Shown piece after piece: positions 9,101 through 17,700 of a DNA stretch of 64,000 nt. The notes under the pieces were generated by a model. That model saw only the letters and a program-made list of their open reading frames with translations, was not told the origin of the DNA and did not search any database. The translations under genes and the position numbers were made by a program. The DNA lies in contig JBGCFM010000081.1 of NCBI GenBank assembly GCA_045106895.1, forward strand, positions 1 to 64,000, read 5' to 3'. Origin of the DNA: Polyangiales bacterium (lineage in GTDB: Bacteria; Myxococcota_A; Polyangia; Polyangiales; Houyiibacteriaceae). Position 1 is the first letter of the stretch; the number at the start of each line of letters is the position of its first letter.

Positions 9101-10154
9101 GCTTGAGCGTGCGTACATTCACTCGCCCTACGATGTCTTCGCGCGAACGCTCCTGGCGACGAAGGCAGAAGTGCAACAGTTCGCACAGATCGAGTACCGC
9201 ATGCGCGGCGGCGAGTGGGTCGCCTTCCCGCAGGAGTCGAACGCACCCGGCACCTGCAACGACGACTGCCGCCGCGAGCCCTCCCCGCTCAATACCGATG
9301 ACAATGCGCTCATCGAGTTTGCGGCACCGCGGGACCTCATCGGTTACCAGCGCTACGAAGGTTATCTCGCGAACATCTACTCCCCCGAGTGGCCCTTTGG
9401 TCGTCTGACCACGACGCTGACGGGCTTTGGCGACGATGCCAATCTCGCCGCGGACCGCTACGCAGAGATGGCCCTCAGCCTTATCGCCCACGGCCGCAAG
9501 CCCGAAGGGGCCGCGTTCATTACGCGTGCCCAGGAGGCAGGAGACTCCCGGACCACGCGCGTCGCCGCCGAGGTGCTCACGCGTTTGATGTCCCAAGAAG
9601 GCGAACCCCAGGTCGCCATCGAGACGCCTGTGCCTGGCCCTCAGATGGCCGCCGAGGAAGCCCGAGCGCTCACCGAAGGCTTCGCCACGGTTCGAGAAGC
9701 GGTGGACTCCAACAGCTTCGCCACGGCGCACTCCGCCATGGAGGACATCCCTGCGCCGGTTCGTCAGCACAGCGGGCCCAGCATGCGCCTTTTGCGCGCC
9801 TATCTTCTGTACAAGACCGCCCCGTCGTACCCATCACGTTTCCGCGACGCCATCGACCAGTTCGAGGACCTCATCCGAACCGAGCCTTCCTACTTGGACC
9901 GTCACCCGGAGATCTACTACTTCTTGGCGAAAGCTCACGATGCGGAGCTCAATTTCGACAAGGGCGTGCGAAACATGCGCCTCTACGTCGAGACCCGTAT
10001 CCGCATCGCGGAGCGCGCCCGTGAGGAGGCCGCGGCTCGTGAAGCTCTCCTCGAAGACGGAGCTGCGACGACCGACGGCGAGGACTCCCCAGCGTCAGAA
10101 GAGGCAGCGGCGGCTCAAAAGGCACTTCGCGAGCGTGAAAACGACGTCGAATAA
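6144..10154 (+). CDS. Fused multi-TM (MFS-like)/spermidine synthase-type SAM-binding protein with C-terminal helical/TPR region
   Basis: GTG start VRFAAFLAFFLSGASSLIFQ; many TM helices; aminopropyltransferase-type motifs VIGFGSGVT, VIELE, DDGRNYL, DVIVSEPSNPW. The ORF-track start at 5766 overlaps the divergent TPR gene and is rejected. Confidence 0.85.
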   Translation: MRFAAFLAFFLSGASSLIFQSIWGRMLAKVFGASSIAISTVVTIFMAGLGIGAFVAGKYADKIKNPLLTYGIIEGVVGVWALLVPFLVNPEGWLAGVNAYLRVELGSGSMGFMIARFFCVLPILLVPTTMMGASLPLLSRYFVSRSEGREDVGSWVGALYSINTFGAVAGVLLGSFLLMPNIGVSLTNTVAACMNFALAGMIFALRKQIAAQFESPVSELEESSEESESVSEDEAEDAKKSDTDAKKAKGKKGKKSKGKAKKPAEEKSEDEPLGPVLPAVALPISASARYFAFVAFAVSGLASLCYEVVWSRSLAMTIGSSFQAFAVILTTFLIGIAAGSAIASAILAGRKLLASASVASILLLAFTLSPWAVSDDLGTYALMLAAFSAPVIIILLAAMSQTKRPGAPPPTGAALLMLLAPVAAALIDAVVYESDRLSMITGSVAIALAIFFALLISLRRYPVLQLAIMPLFIAGAAFVNYLFQDEIPCAFAQLVSSLDDLPQHVGTVQFFMFLTTMMCTLPATVGMGAMFPLVLRIWTSGGDNVGRDVGNVYAGNTLGSIFGAWLPGFVLMQVYGMQKTIIIGMIVYLLLSLALLVASAAEAEKAEADAEPGPEASDEERERYKRRIQKRQRTEDGASVGSTVGKIAGRLGDVGGLGTVGAIAGAVVGSLGDEDDDDDDSAPAWYAVTIYILAPLIPALIAGLYWGGWRDEGAFRWNLSQMTLGVFRVSLAADACGPSWGEPDLVYYHDGLSTTVSVERWGRHYALKNNGKVDASNGDDMPTQIMVGAYPLLMHRDGPEDLDVAVIGFGSGVTVGSVLKFPVASVDVIELERSIPDASKYFQDVNGLDYNLSEFPYVEMDRLSIINDDGRNYLSSTDRMFDVIVSEPSNPWITGVSDLFTTDHFRITKQRLREGGIYCQWVQLYELSPENIKTIYRTFAESFEHVVVFSAEDLSSDTVLLGSDSPIDLNIEHLQEVYGLPGVPEELERAYIHSPYDVFARTLLATKAEVQQFAQIEYRMRGGEWVAFPQESNAPGTCNDDCRREPSPLNTDDNALIEFAAPRDLIGYQRYEGYLANIYSPEWPFGRLTTTLTGFGDDANLAADRYAEMALSLIAHGRKPEGAAFITRAQEAGDSRTTRVAAEVLTRLMSQEGEPQVAIETPVPGPQMAAEEARALTEGFATVREAVDSNSFATAHSAMEDIPAPVRQHSGPSMRLLRAYLLYKTAPSYPSRFRDAIDQFEDLIRTEPSYLDRHPEIYYFLAKAHDAELNFDKGVRNMRLYVETRIRIAERAREEAAAREALLEDGAATTDGEDSPASEEAAAAQKALRERENDVE

Positions 10155-10316
10155 CCCAACGAAGGTGCGAACCCTGTGGGGCACTAAACCTCACGCGGTG
10201 CGAAACGATCTTCGCGCTTTTCGAGCTTGACCATCTCCGGCCACTCGCCCGGTTATTCGCCTAAGCCCCCGAGTCTAAAAACAAAATCCTGAAACAGGCC
10301 ACCTGGCCGGCGAGAA

Positions 10317-10332
10317 TGGCACAACCTGTGCG
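10317..10332 (+). promoter_or_regulatory. Candidate sigma54 (-24/-12) promoter
   Basis: TGGCACAACCTGTGCG = GG-N10-GC, close to consensus TGGCAC-N5-TTGC; A-rich tract just upstream (10277-10295). Confidence 0.65.
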
Positions 10333-10459
10333 TAGTCATGTAGTCGTTGAACGAAATGCCTGGTTGCAGGATTGTCGACCTTTCCAAATGACCCAGTCAG
10401 TATCGCCTAAGAGCGATTCCAGTTCCGAAGAGAACCCACCGAGCCCCAAGGACTCCCCC

Positions 10460-10654
10460 ATGCAGACATCCACACACGAATCTTCGCGCCCTTCCCAGTC
10501 GCCTGCTGGAGATGGCCGTGCTCTTCGGATTCTCGCGAAGTCGGTCTACCGAGAGCTCCGCTCCAGTGGGCATAGCCGTTCGGACATTGTTGGTTTCACC
10601 AACGCGCTGCTCGAACTCGTCACGTCGGACATCAAGGACGAATCGAAGAGCTAG
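10460..10654 (+). CDS. Small helical hypothetical protein (~64 aa)
   Basis: ATG at 10460 preceded by AAGGA; amphipathic core RALRILAKSVYRELRSSGHSRSDIVGFTNALLELVTSDIK. An alternative start lies upstream. Confidence 0.65.
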   Translation: MQTSTHESSRPSQSPAGDGRALRILAKSVYRELRSSGHSRSDIVGFTNALLELVTSDIKDESKS

Positions 10655-10710
10655 AGCGCTTCCATCGCCGGCGTTGACGCGATGACTTCCGTCCCCTTCG
10701 GCGTCCTCCC

Positions 10711-10740
10711 AAGCCGCGTTCCTCACGGAGCGCGGTTTTG
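10711..10740 (+). terminator. Probable intrinsic terminator
   Basis: AAGCCGCGTTCC-TCAC-GGAGCGCGGTTTT hairpin with T tract. Confidence 0.55.
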
Positions 10741-10754
10741 GTGTTTAAGCCGCC

Positions 10755-10784
10755 TTGACCCCCGTGCTAACGCGGCGTTAGCTT
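10755..10784 (+). promoter_or_regulatory. Candidate sigma70 promoter of the gap operon with overlapping palindrome
   Basis: TTGACC-18nt-TAGCTT; perfect inverted repeat GCTAACGC-G-GCGTTAGC at 10766-10782. Confidence 0.55.
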
Positions 10785-10832
10785 CCCGCGAGCGGCCCAT
10801 GATCAAGGGCTGAGAAAGCAAAGGATAGCGGG

Positions 10833-11849
10833 ATGGCAACGAAGATCGGCATCAATGGTTTCGGACGAATCGGTCGCTGTGTCGCGAGAGCGATTCTTGG
10901 CGGAAGCGCGAAGAACGCAGGGGACTTCGAGATCGTTGGGATCAACGACCTGACGGACGACGCCACCCTCGCCCACCTCCTTCAGTTCGACTCCGTTCAC
11001 CGCACCTTCAACAAGGAAGTCAGCGTCGAGGAGGGAGCGATCGTCGTCGGTGGCACACGCATCAAGACGAGCGCAGAGCGCGACCCGAAGAAGCTCAACT
11101 GGAAAGAACTCGGCGCAGAAATCGTCCTCGAATGCACCGGCGCGTTCCGCACGCGCGAAGCCGCGGCCCAGCACCTTGAAGCAGGCGCGAAGAAAGTCAT
11201 CATCAGCGCCCCCGCACGCGGAGACATCGATGCGACGTTCTGCGTAGGCATTAACAGCGACGGGTACGACGGCGCCAAGCACCACGTCGTTTCGAACGCG
11301 TCCTGCACGACGAACTGCCTCTCGCCTGTCGCCAAGGTGCTCAACGACACCTTCGGTATCGTCAAAGGCCACATGCTCACGGTGCACTCGTACACGAACG
11401 ACCAGCGCATCCTCGACCTTCCCCACAAGGACATGCGCCGTGCGCGCGCTGCTGCCCTTTCGATGATCCCAACGACCACCGGCGCCGCAACGGCCATCGG
11501 CCTCGTCATTCCGGAGCTCATCGGCAAGCTCGCCGGCGGCGCCCTTCGCGTTCCAACGCCCAACGTCTCGATGGTTTGCCTCACGGCCCACGTCGGAAAG
11601 CAGACCACTGCTGAAGAAGTAAACGCTGCCCTCGCTGCCGCCGCGGAAGGTCCCATGAAGGGGATTCTCGGGTTCGAGACGCGTCCACTCGTCTCCACCG
11701 ACTACATCGGCAACCCACACTCCTCGATCGTCGACGCCGCACAGACCATGGTTGTCGGCGGAGACCTCATCGAGGTTCAGGCTTGGTACGACAACGAGTG
11801 GGGCTTCTCCCAGCGCATGATCGACCTTGCTGGCATCCTCGCCAACTGA
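10833..11849 (+). CDS. gap: Type I glyceraldehyde-3-phosphate dehydrogenase
   Basis: GINGFGRIGR, SNASCTTNCL, WYDNEWG. Confidence 0.98.
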   Translation: MATKIGINGFGRIGRCVARAILGGSAKNAGDFEIVGINDLTDDATLAHLLQFDSVHRTFNKEVSVEEGAIVVGGTRIKTSAERDPKKLNWKELGAEIVLECTGAFRTREAAAQHLEAGAKKVIISAPARGDIDATFCVGINSDGYDGAKHHVVSNASCTTNCLSPVAKVLNDTFGIVKGHMLTVHSYTNDQRILDLPHKDMRRARAAALSMIPTTTGAATAIGLVIPELIGKLAGGALRVPTPNVSMVCLTAHVGKQTTAEEVNAALAAAAEGPMKGILGFETRPLVSTDYIGNPHSSIVDAAQTMVVGGDLIEVQAWYDNEWGFSQRMIDLAGILAN

Positions 11850-11864
11850 GCGAGAGGAGACTTC

Positions 11865-13034
11865 ATGAAGACCCTCGCGGATCTTGAGCTCAAAGGGCGA
11901 CGTGTCTTTTGCCGGGTGGACTTTAACGTTCCACTCGACGGGAAGACGATCACGGACGACACACGAATCCGAGCGGCGTTGCCGACGATTCGTCACATCC
12001 TCGCGGAAGGCGGCCGTGTCATCCTCGCGAGCCACCTTGGTCGTCCCAAGGGCGAGGTCGTCCCGGAGCTCAGCCTTGAGCCCGTGGCGCAACGCCTCGC
12101 GGAGCTCCTCGAAGGCGGCGAGGTCTTCCTGACGGACGAGTGCATCGGTGATGGCGCTCGCAAGGTCGCAGGCGACCTTCGGGACGGTCAGGTTGCTCTC
12201 CTTGAGAACCTCCGTTTTCATCCAGGCGAGAAAACCGATGACGAGGCCTTCGCGCGCGAGCTGCTGCGAGTCTGCGACACCTACGTGAACGACGCATTCG
12301 GCGCCGCTCATCGCTCTCACGCGTCGGTTCACACCCTTCCAAAGCTCGCGCCTGAAGCCGCCGCCGGGCTGCTCATGGAGAAAGAGCTCAAGGCGCTGTC
12401 TCGTTTGAAGGACGACGCCCCAAAGCCTTACGTGGCAGTTCTCGGCGGAGCCAAGGTCAGCGACAAGATCCAGGTCCTTGAGGAACTGCTAACAAAAGTC
12501 GACGCCCTCCTCATCGGCGGCGCGATGGCGAACACCTTCTTGGCCGCCCAAGGTCACGAGCTCGGCAACAGTCTCGTCGAACCCGACAAGATGGCGCTGG
12601 CCCGTAGTCTCATCTCGAAAGCGGAGGCGCGCGGTGTCGCGCTTCTGCTCCCCGTCGATCTTCGCTCCGGCGACGGGCTCAAGGCGACGGAAGCACAGGT
12701 CGTGGGACACGGCGAAGTCGTCGAAGGCATGGCACTCGACATTGGCCCAGAAACGGAAGTCCTCTACGGGGACCGAATTCGCCGCGCTGGAAGTGTGTTC
12801 TGGAACGGTCCGATGGGTCTCTTCGAAAACCCGGCCTTCGCGAGCGGCACCAACGCCATCGCGGACGCGCTTGCGAAGTGCCCCGGCTTCACGGTCGTTG
12901 GCGGCGGTGACAGCGTGGCTGCGATTCAGCAGTCGGGACGTGGCGATGAATACAGCCACGTTTCGACGGGCGGCGGCGCCTCCCTTGAGTACCTTGAGGG
13001 CAAGCGCCTCCCGGGCGTCGAAGCGCTCTCCTGA
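11865..13034 (+). CDS. pgk: Phosphoglycerate kinase
   Basis: [44 protein letters not shown]. Confidence 0.98.
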   Translation: MKTLADLELKGRRVFCRVDFNVPLDGKTITDDTRIRAALPTIRHILAEGGRVILASHLGRPKGEVVPELSLEPVAQRLAELLEGGEVFLTDECIGDGARKVAGDLRDGQVALLENLRFHPGEKTDDEAFARELLRVCDTYVNDAFGAAHRSHASVHTLPKLAPEAAAGLLMEKELKALSRLKDDAPKPYVAVLGGAKVSDKIQVLEELLTKVDALLIGGAMANTFLAAQGHELGNSLVEPDKMALARSLISKAEARGVALLLPVDLRSGDGLKATEAQVVGHGEVVEGMALDIGPETEVLYGDRIRRAGSVFWNGPMGLFENPAFASGTNAIADALAKCPGFTVVGGGDSVAAIQQSGRGDEYSHVSTGGGASLEYLEGKRLPGVEALS

Positions 13035-13060
13035 CCACGTAACCAAACGGAAGTGAACGC

Positions 13061-13795
13061 ATGACCCGCCGACCCCTAATCGCAGGCAATTGGAAGCTGA
13101 ACAACACCATCTCCGAATCCACGGATTTGGCGGCGGAGATTGCGACAGGCGCGCAGGCCTTTCCCGGAGTGGACGTTCTCGTGGCCCCGGTCGCGACAAG
13201 TCTGCACGCCGTCGCGAGCGCGCTGTCGGCGTCGAAGGTCTTCCTCGCGGCCCAGCACACCCACGAGGCCTCGAGCGGCGCGTTTACCGGCGAGTTGAGC
13301 CCACCCCTCATCAAGGACGTGGGCTGCTCTCACTGCATCGTGGGGCATTCTGAGAGGCGACAGCTATTCGGAGAGACCAGCGAGGCCGTGGGGGCGAAAG
13401 TTGTCGCGCTTTTGGCAGCCGGGGTCACACCGATCGTGTGTGTGGGCGAAACCCTCGAAGAACGAGAAGCCGACAAAACCCTCGAAATCGTCCTTGAGCA
13501 GCTCCGTTTGGGCCTTGGGGACGTGGACGCAACCCAGGTAGTTGTCGCTTATGAGCCGGTTTGGGCCATCGGCACGGGTCGGACCGCTGCCCCGGCAGAT
13601 GCCCAGGCAGTTCACGCTGCGATTCGAGCCAAACTCGGCCAGGTGGCGCAGGGCACCCGAATCCTCTATGGAGGGTCCGTCAAACCGGGGAACGCTGCAG
13701 AACTCATGGCACAGCCCGACATCGATGGAGCTCTCGTTGGAGGGGCTTCCCTCAAAGCAGAATCGTTCTTAAGCATCATTGAAGCTGCCTCGTAG
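13061..13795 (+). CDS. tpiA: Triosephosphate isomerase
   Basis: AGNWK, GHSERR, AYEPVWAIGTG, YGGSV, LVGGASL. Confidence 0.98.
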   Translation: MTRRPLIAGNWKLNNTISESTDLAAEIATGAQAFPGVDVLVAPVATSLHAVASALSASKVFLAAQHTHEASSGAFTGELSPPLIKDVGCSHCIVGHSERRQLFGETSEAVGAKVVALLAAGVTPIVCVGETLEEREADKTLEIVLEQLRLGLGDVDATQVVVAYEPVWAIGTGRTAAPADAQAVHAAIRAKLGQVAQGTRILYGGSVKPGNAAELMAQPDIDGALVGGASLKAESFLSIIEAAS

Positions 13796-13894
13796 CTAGA
13801 AAACCTCGCACCCCACTCAAAGTTTTAGAGGGTGAGCCGCCCGGAGCGGCGAGGGAACTTCCGAAGAGTTCTCTCAAACAAAGAAAAGACCGCA

Positions 13895-14671
13895 ATGTTC
13901 ACGTTCCTTAGCATTACCTACGTTCTCGTTTGTCTCTTCCTCATCCTCGTGGTGCTGCTGCAGTCCGGAAAGGGCGGCGGCATGGGCGCCATCGGCGGCG
14001 GCGGCGGCGGCGGTGGCGGAGCCCAGAAGGTTTTTGGCGGCGCTGGCGCCGGCAACATCCTCACGAAGACGACGGCCGTGTGCGCAACGCTCTTCATGGT
14101 CCTCTCCGCAACCCTGGCCTACCTGAGCTCCCCCGGCGACGCAGCCCTCGACAACACCGCCGAGCGCTTCAACGACGGCATCAGCGCACCCGCGGGTGAG
14201 GGCGATGACGGCGACGAAGAGTCCGACGCGGAAGAGTCCGACGCGGACGAGTCTGAAGAAGCCGACGAGACCTCCGAGACGACGGACGAGACGGACGTCG
14301 ACGAAGAAGCAGCCGAAGAAGCTGCCCAGGACGAGCTGGGCGAGGTCCTCGACGAGCTCGAAGAAGCCGTGACGGGCACGGAAGAAGCAGCCGAAGAAGC
14401 CGTCGAGGCCGCCGCGGAGGTAACGCCAGAGGTGGACGCTGCTGCAGAAGCTGCTGCTGCGGAAGCCCGCCGCGTTGCCCGTGAGGCACGCACCGCGGCG
14501 CGCGAGGCAGCAGCCGCGACAGCCATGACGGCTGCGATGGTCGCTGGCGAGGCTGTTGAGGCGGTTACGCCTATGGCCGCCGTTCCCGCAGCGCCCACCC
14601 CCATGGCTGCGGTTGAAGCGCCAACGCCCGCGCCTGCCCCGGAAGCTGCAGCCCCAGAGGCTGCCGAGTAG
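13895..14671 (+). CDS. secG: Preprotein translocase SecG with long acidic/Ala-Pro C-terminal extension
   Basis: LILVVLLQSGKGGG...FGGAGAGNILTKTT; canonical position after tpiA. Confidence 0.9.
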   Translation: MFTFLSITYVLVCLFLILVVLLQSGKGGGMGAIGGGGGGGGGAQKVFGGAGAGNILTKTTAVCATLFMVLSATLAYLSSPGDAALDNTAERFNDGISAPAGEGDDGDEESDAEESDADESEEADETSETTDETDVDEEAAEEAAQDELGEVLDELEEAVTGTEEAAEEAVEAAAEVTPEVDAAAEAAAAEARRVAREARTAAREAAAATAMTAAMVAGEAVEAVTPMAAVPAAPTPMAAVEAPTPAPAPEAAAPEAAE

Positions 14672-14691
14672 CCAACCAAGGCTCACGCAAG

Positions 14692-14725
14692 AGGCTCGCT
14701 ACCGAGATGGTAGCGAGCCTTTTTT
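14692..14725 (+). terminator. Intrinsic terminator after secG
   Basis: AGGCTCGCTACC-GAGAT-GGTAGCGAGCCT followed by a T run. Confidence 0.85.
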
Positions 14726-14767
14726 GTATTTGTAGTCGAAACCACCGCTGCGAAGCAGCCGCCAAGA

Positions 14768-17700
14768 CTAGTGGGGCAGCTTGAGCGGAGCCCCGGCCTC
14801 GATGGCAAGGAGCGCGTCTTCGGCGGCCTTTTCATAGTGGCGTTGCCCGTACTCGTTCGCGAGCTGACAGACCTCTTGGAAGGCGCGACGTGCCTCATCG
14901 ACCTTCCCTTGCACGTGGTCGACGAACGCGAGCATGTAGCGGCCCTGGATGATGTCCCAGATGAAGCCATTCTCTTCCGCGTAGGTGAGCGCCTCGGCGA
15001 CGCGTTCACGTCCCTGAGGGCTCCCTAGCTTCGTCGCGTCGATGAAGCCCAGGACACGCATGTTGTTGTACTGAACCTTCACGTAGCCATGTTCTCGGGC
15101 GAGGTCGTAGCTAAAACGAAGCATCGCGAAGGCGCGTTTGAAGTCACCTAGGCGCATGTAGACTTCGCCTACGTTGTGCGCGTTGACGGCGGCTTCGTAG
15201 GTAAAGCCATATTCCTTCGCGAGCTCGATACCGCGCTGCCCCGACTCGAGGGCCCTGTCGAGTTCACCCGTGAAGTAACAGACGAGCGCCTCGGTCTTCA
15301 CGAGCTCACACTCAAGAAAACGGTCGGTTCGCCCCATCGCTAGTTTTCGTGCGCCTTCAAGGGCGGAGAAGGCTTGGTCGCGGTCGCCGGATCCAGCAAA
15401 TGCCAGCGCCAGGGGAAGGCGGGCTCGCATTTGAGCCGCCGTGTCTGCCGCGTCGACGGCGAGACCCAGAGCCTCCTCCAGCAAACCGACGGCGCTCTGG
15501 TAGTTCCCGTTTCGGGCCTCCGTCTCCGCTTCGGCGCGAGCAATCGCCCCAAGAAGGCCGCCCTTTCCAACCCGTCGCGCGACGTTTCGGGCGCGCTCAA
15601 ACCACGGCCGGGCTTCGGCGAAACGGTTGCTCTGGGCCAAGAAGAGCCCGCGCATCATCGAGAAGCGCGCCACGTATTCGTCTCGCGCGATGCTTTCGGC
15701 GAGCTCCAGGGCTGCGTCCATACGCGTGACCCCTTCGCTCAGGTTTCGACTCCGGAAACACAGCTCGCCCACTCGCTGATAGAGAGCCAGGGCCCTCTCC
15801 CGGTCTGGGTTCGTGGATGCCGTGATCATGTCGATGACCTTCAGCAGGTTCGTCACGGACCCGTTCAGCGCATGCTCTGACTCCATGCGGTCGGCGGAGC
15901 GAACGAGGTAGTCGATGGCGCGGGAGCGGTTGCCGGCTTTTCGGTGGTGTCCAGCCAGGCGCTCCGCGAGTTCATCAAGGTGCTTCGGGTAGACAGACTC
16001 AAACGCCCCAGCGACGGCGCCATGGAGTTCTTTCTTTACCTCCAGCGGGAGCGCCTCAAGGATTACTTGCGCGATGAGCTGATGAGCGAAGGAGTACTCG
16101 TCGCCGGTGGACTGAACCAACACGCCACGGTCCACGAGGTCGAGGAGCTGCTCACCGATGCTCTCTCGCGAGCGCCCGGCGACGCGGGAGATCATAATAT
16201 CGTGAAAGCGGCTGCCGATGACGGCGGCGATGCGGAGAAGGTGCCGCTGATCGTCGCTGAGGCGCTCAAGGCGAGCGGAGACAATACCGCGCAGCGATCG
16301 GGGGACCTTGACCGCTGTGCCAGCCTCGTAGCTCACCTTGTCGCCGGTCTTGATCGCGCCGGCGTCTTCCAGAGCGAGGAGGTATTCCTCAACGTAGAGC
16401 GGGTTTCCGGCGCTCTTGATGCCGACTTCGCGGAGGAGCTCGCCTGGAACCTCATCCGCGCCGAGACGTGCCGCCACAATGCGTGCGACATCGTCGTCGG
16501 TCAGCGGCGCGAGGCGGATTTCGAGGTGCTGTGGGAATTCATCCCAATCGAATGGTGCGTCAGGACGATGGGCGACGACGATCACGATACGACCCGTTCC
16601 GGCCTTCCGCAGGATGCGCTGGAGGAGCGCGAGGCTCTCAGGGTCGACCTTGTCGAACTCGTCGAAGGCGAACACCGTCAGGCGGTCTTCGGCGAGCTTG
16701 AGGGCGATACGTGCAACGGCGGAGACCAAATTTCGGTCGCTCTTCGCGTCGGCGACGCCAAGGACGCTCCCAACGGCAGCGATCTCATCTTCGCTGAGGC
16801 CAAGCTCTCGGAGACGGGCGACCTTATCCCGGACTTCTTCTTCTTGGGCGAGGACCGCCAGACCGAGAATATCGCGGATAGTGGCCTGCACAGCGGAGTA
16901 TGGTCCGCGGCCCGTCGCCGTGGAAATGGTCATCCCCACGTCATGTCCGCCGACGCGAATCCTGCGCACGGTCTCACGAATCAGACGGGTCTTGCCGCTG
17001 CCCGCCTCGCCAACGACGCTCACGAGACACTGGGTCCCCTTGTTTGCAACGGCCAGCACCTCACCTATCCGGCGAAGCTCGTCTCGCCGACCGACAAAGG
17101 GCCCGCTCGTGTTCTGAACGTCGCGCTCCGCCCGCAACTCGAAGGACTCTTCGCCCCACGGCGCCAGCTCGAAGTAGCGGCGCATCGCGCGTTCGGCGCT
17201 GGTGGACACAAGAACCTGAGACTCGTCCGCCGACTGCGCCAGCGAAGCCGCTGCACGAAAAAGCTCCGCGCTGGTGTCGTCCCGGCGAAGCGTTGAATCA
17301 TTGACGACGACGCGGCCCGCGACGATGCCGACGGCGTACCCCTCAGACTGCAGCGAGAGTCCGACGCGAGCCGCCGCATCGGCGTCTCGTCCATCGGGCT
17401 GTACAACGCCGAAGACCCCAAAGATGGCGTTGTCGCCCTCTTCGACCTGGCCACCGGCATTCTCGAGTCGTGAGCGCGCCTTACCGTCGCCTGCGCCCCG
17501 AGGGACGGCGAGCACCGTAAGGTCACGCCGCTCTGCACGCGGCATCGCGCGGCGGCCTGAGCCGGTGGTGACACGTGGCCCGTCGGGGCGGGCGCTCGGC
17601 ACCTCCGCGGGCGTTAGCTGGTGCTTTTCGACGCCTGCAGAGGTGTCGATGTCGAAGGCCGCGCGAAGGCCATCGTCCGGCCTCGAACGTCGACCATCCG

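Noticed and set aside
13796..13894. Small hairpins between tpiA and secG as a riboswitch or ncRNA
   Set aside because: Short GC hairpins without a recognisable family motif.
13994..14020. GGC trinucleotide run as a phase-variable tract
   Set aside because: In-frame poly-Gly codons in secG; slippage would not shift the frame.
14672..14767. Expected tRNA-Leu after secG
   Set aside because: No cloverleaf or T-loop motif; only a terminator hairpin is present.
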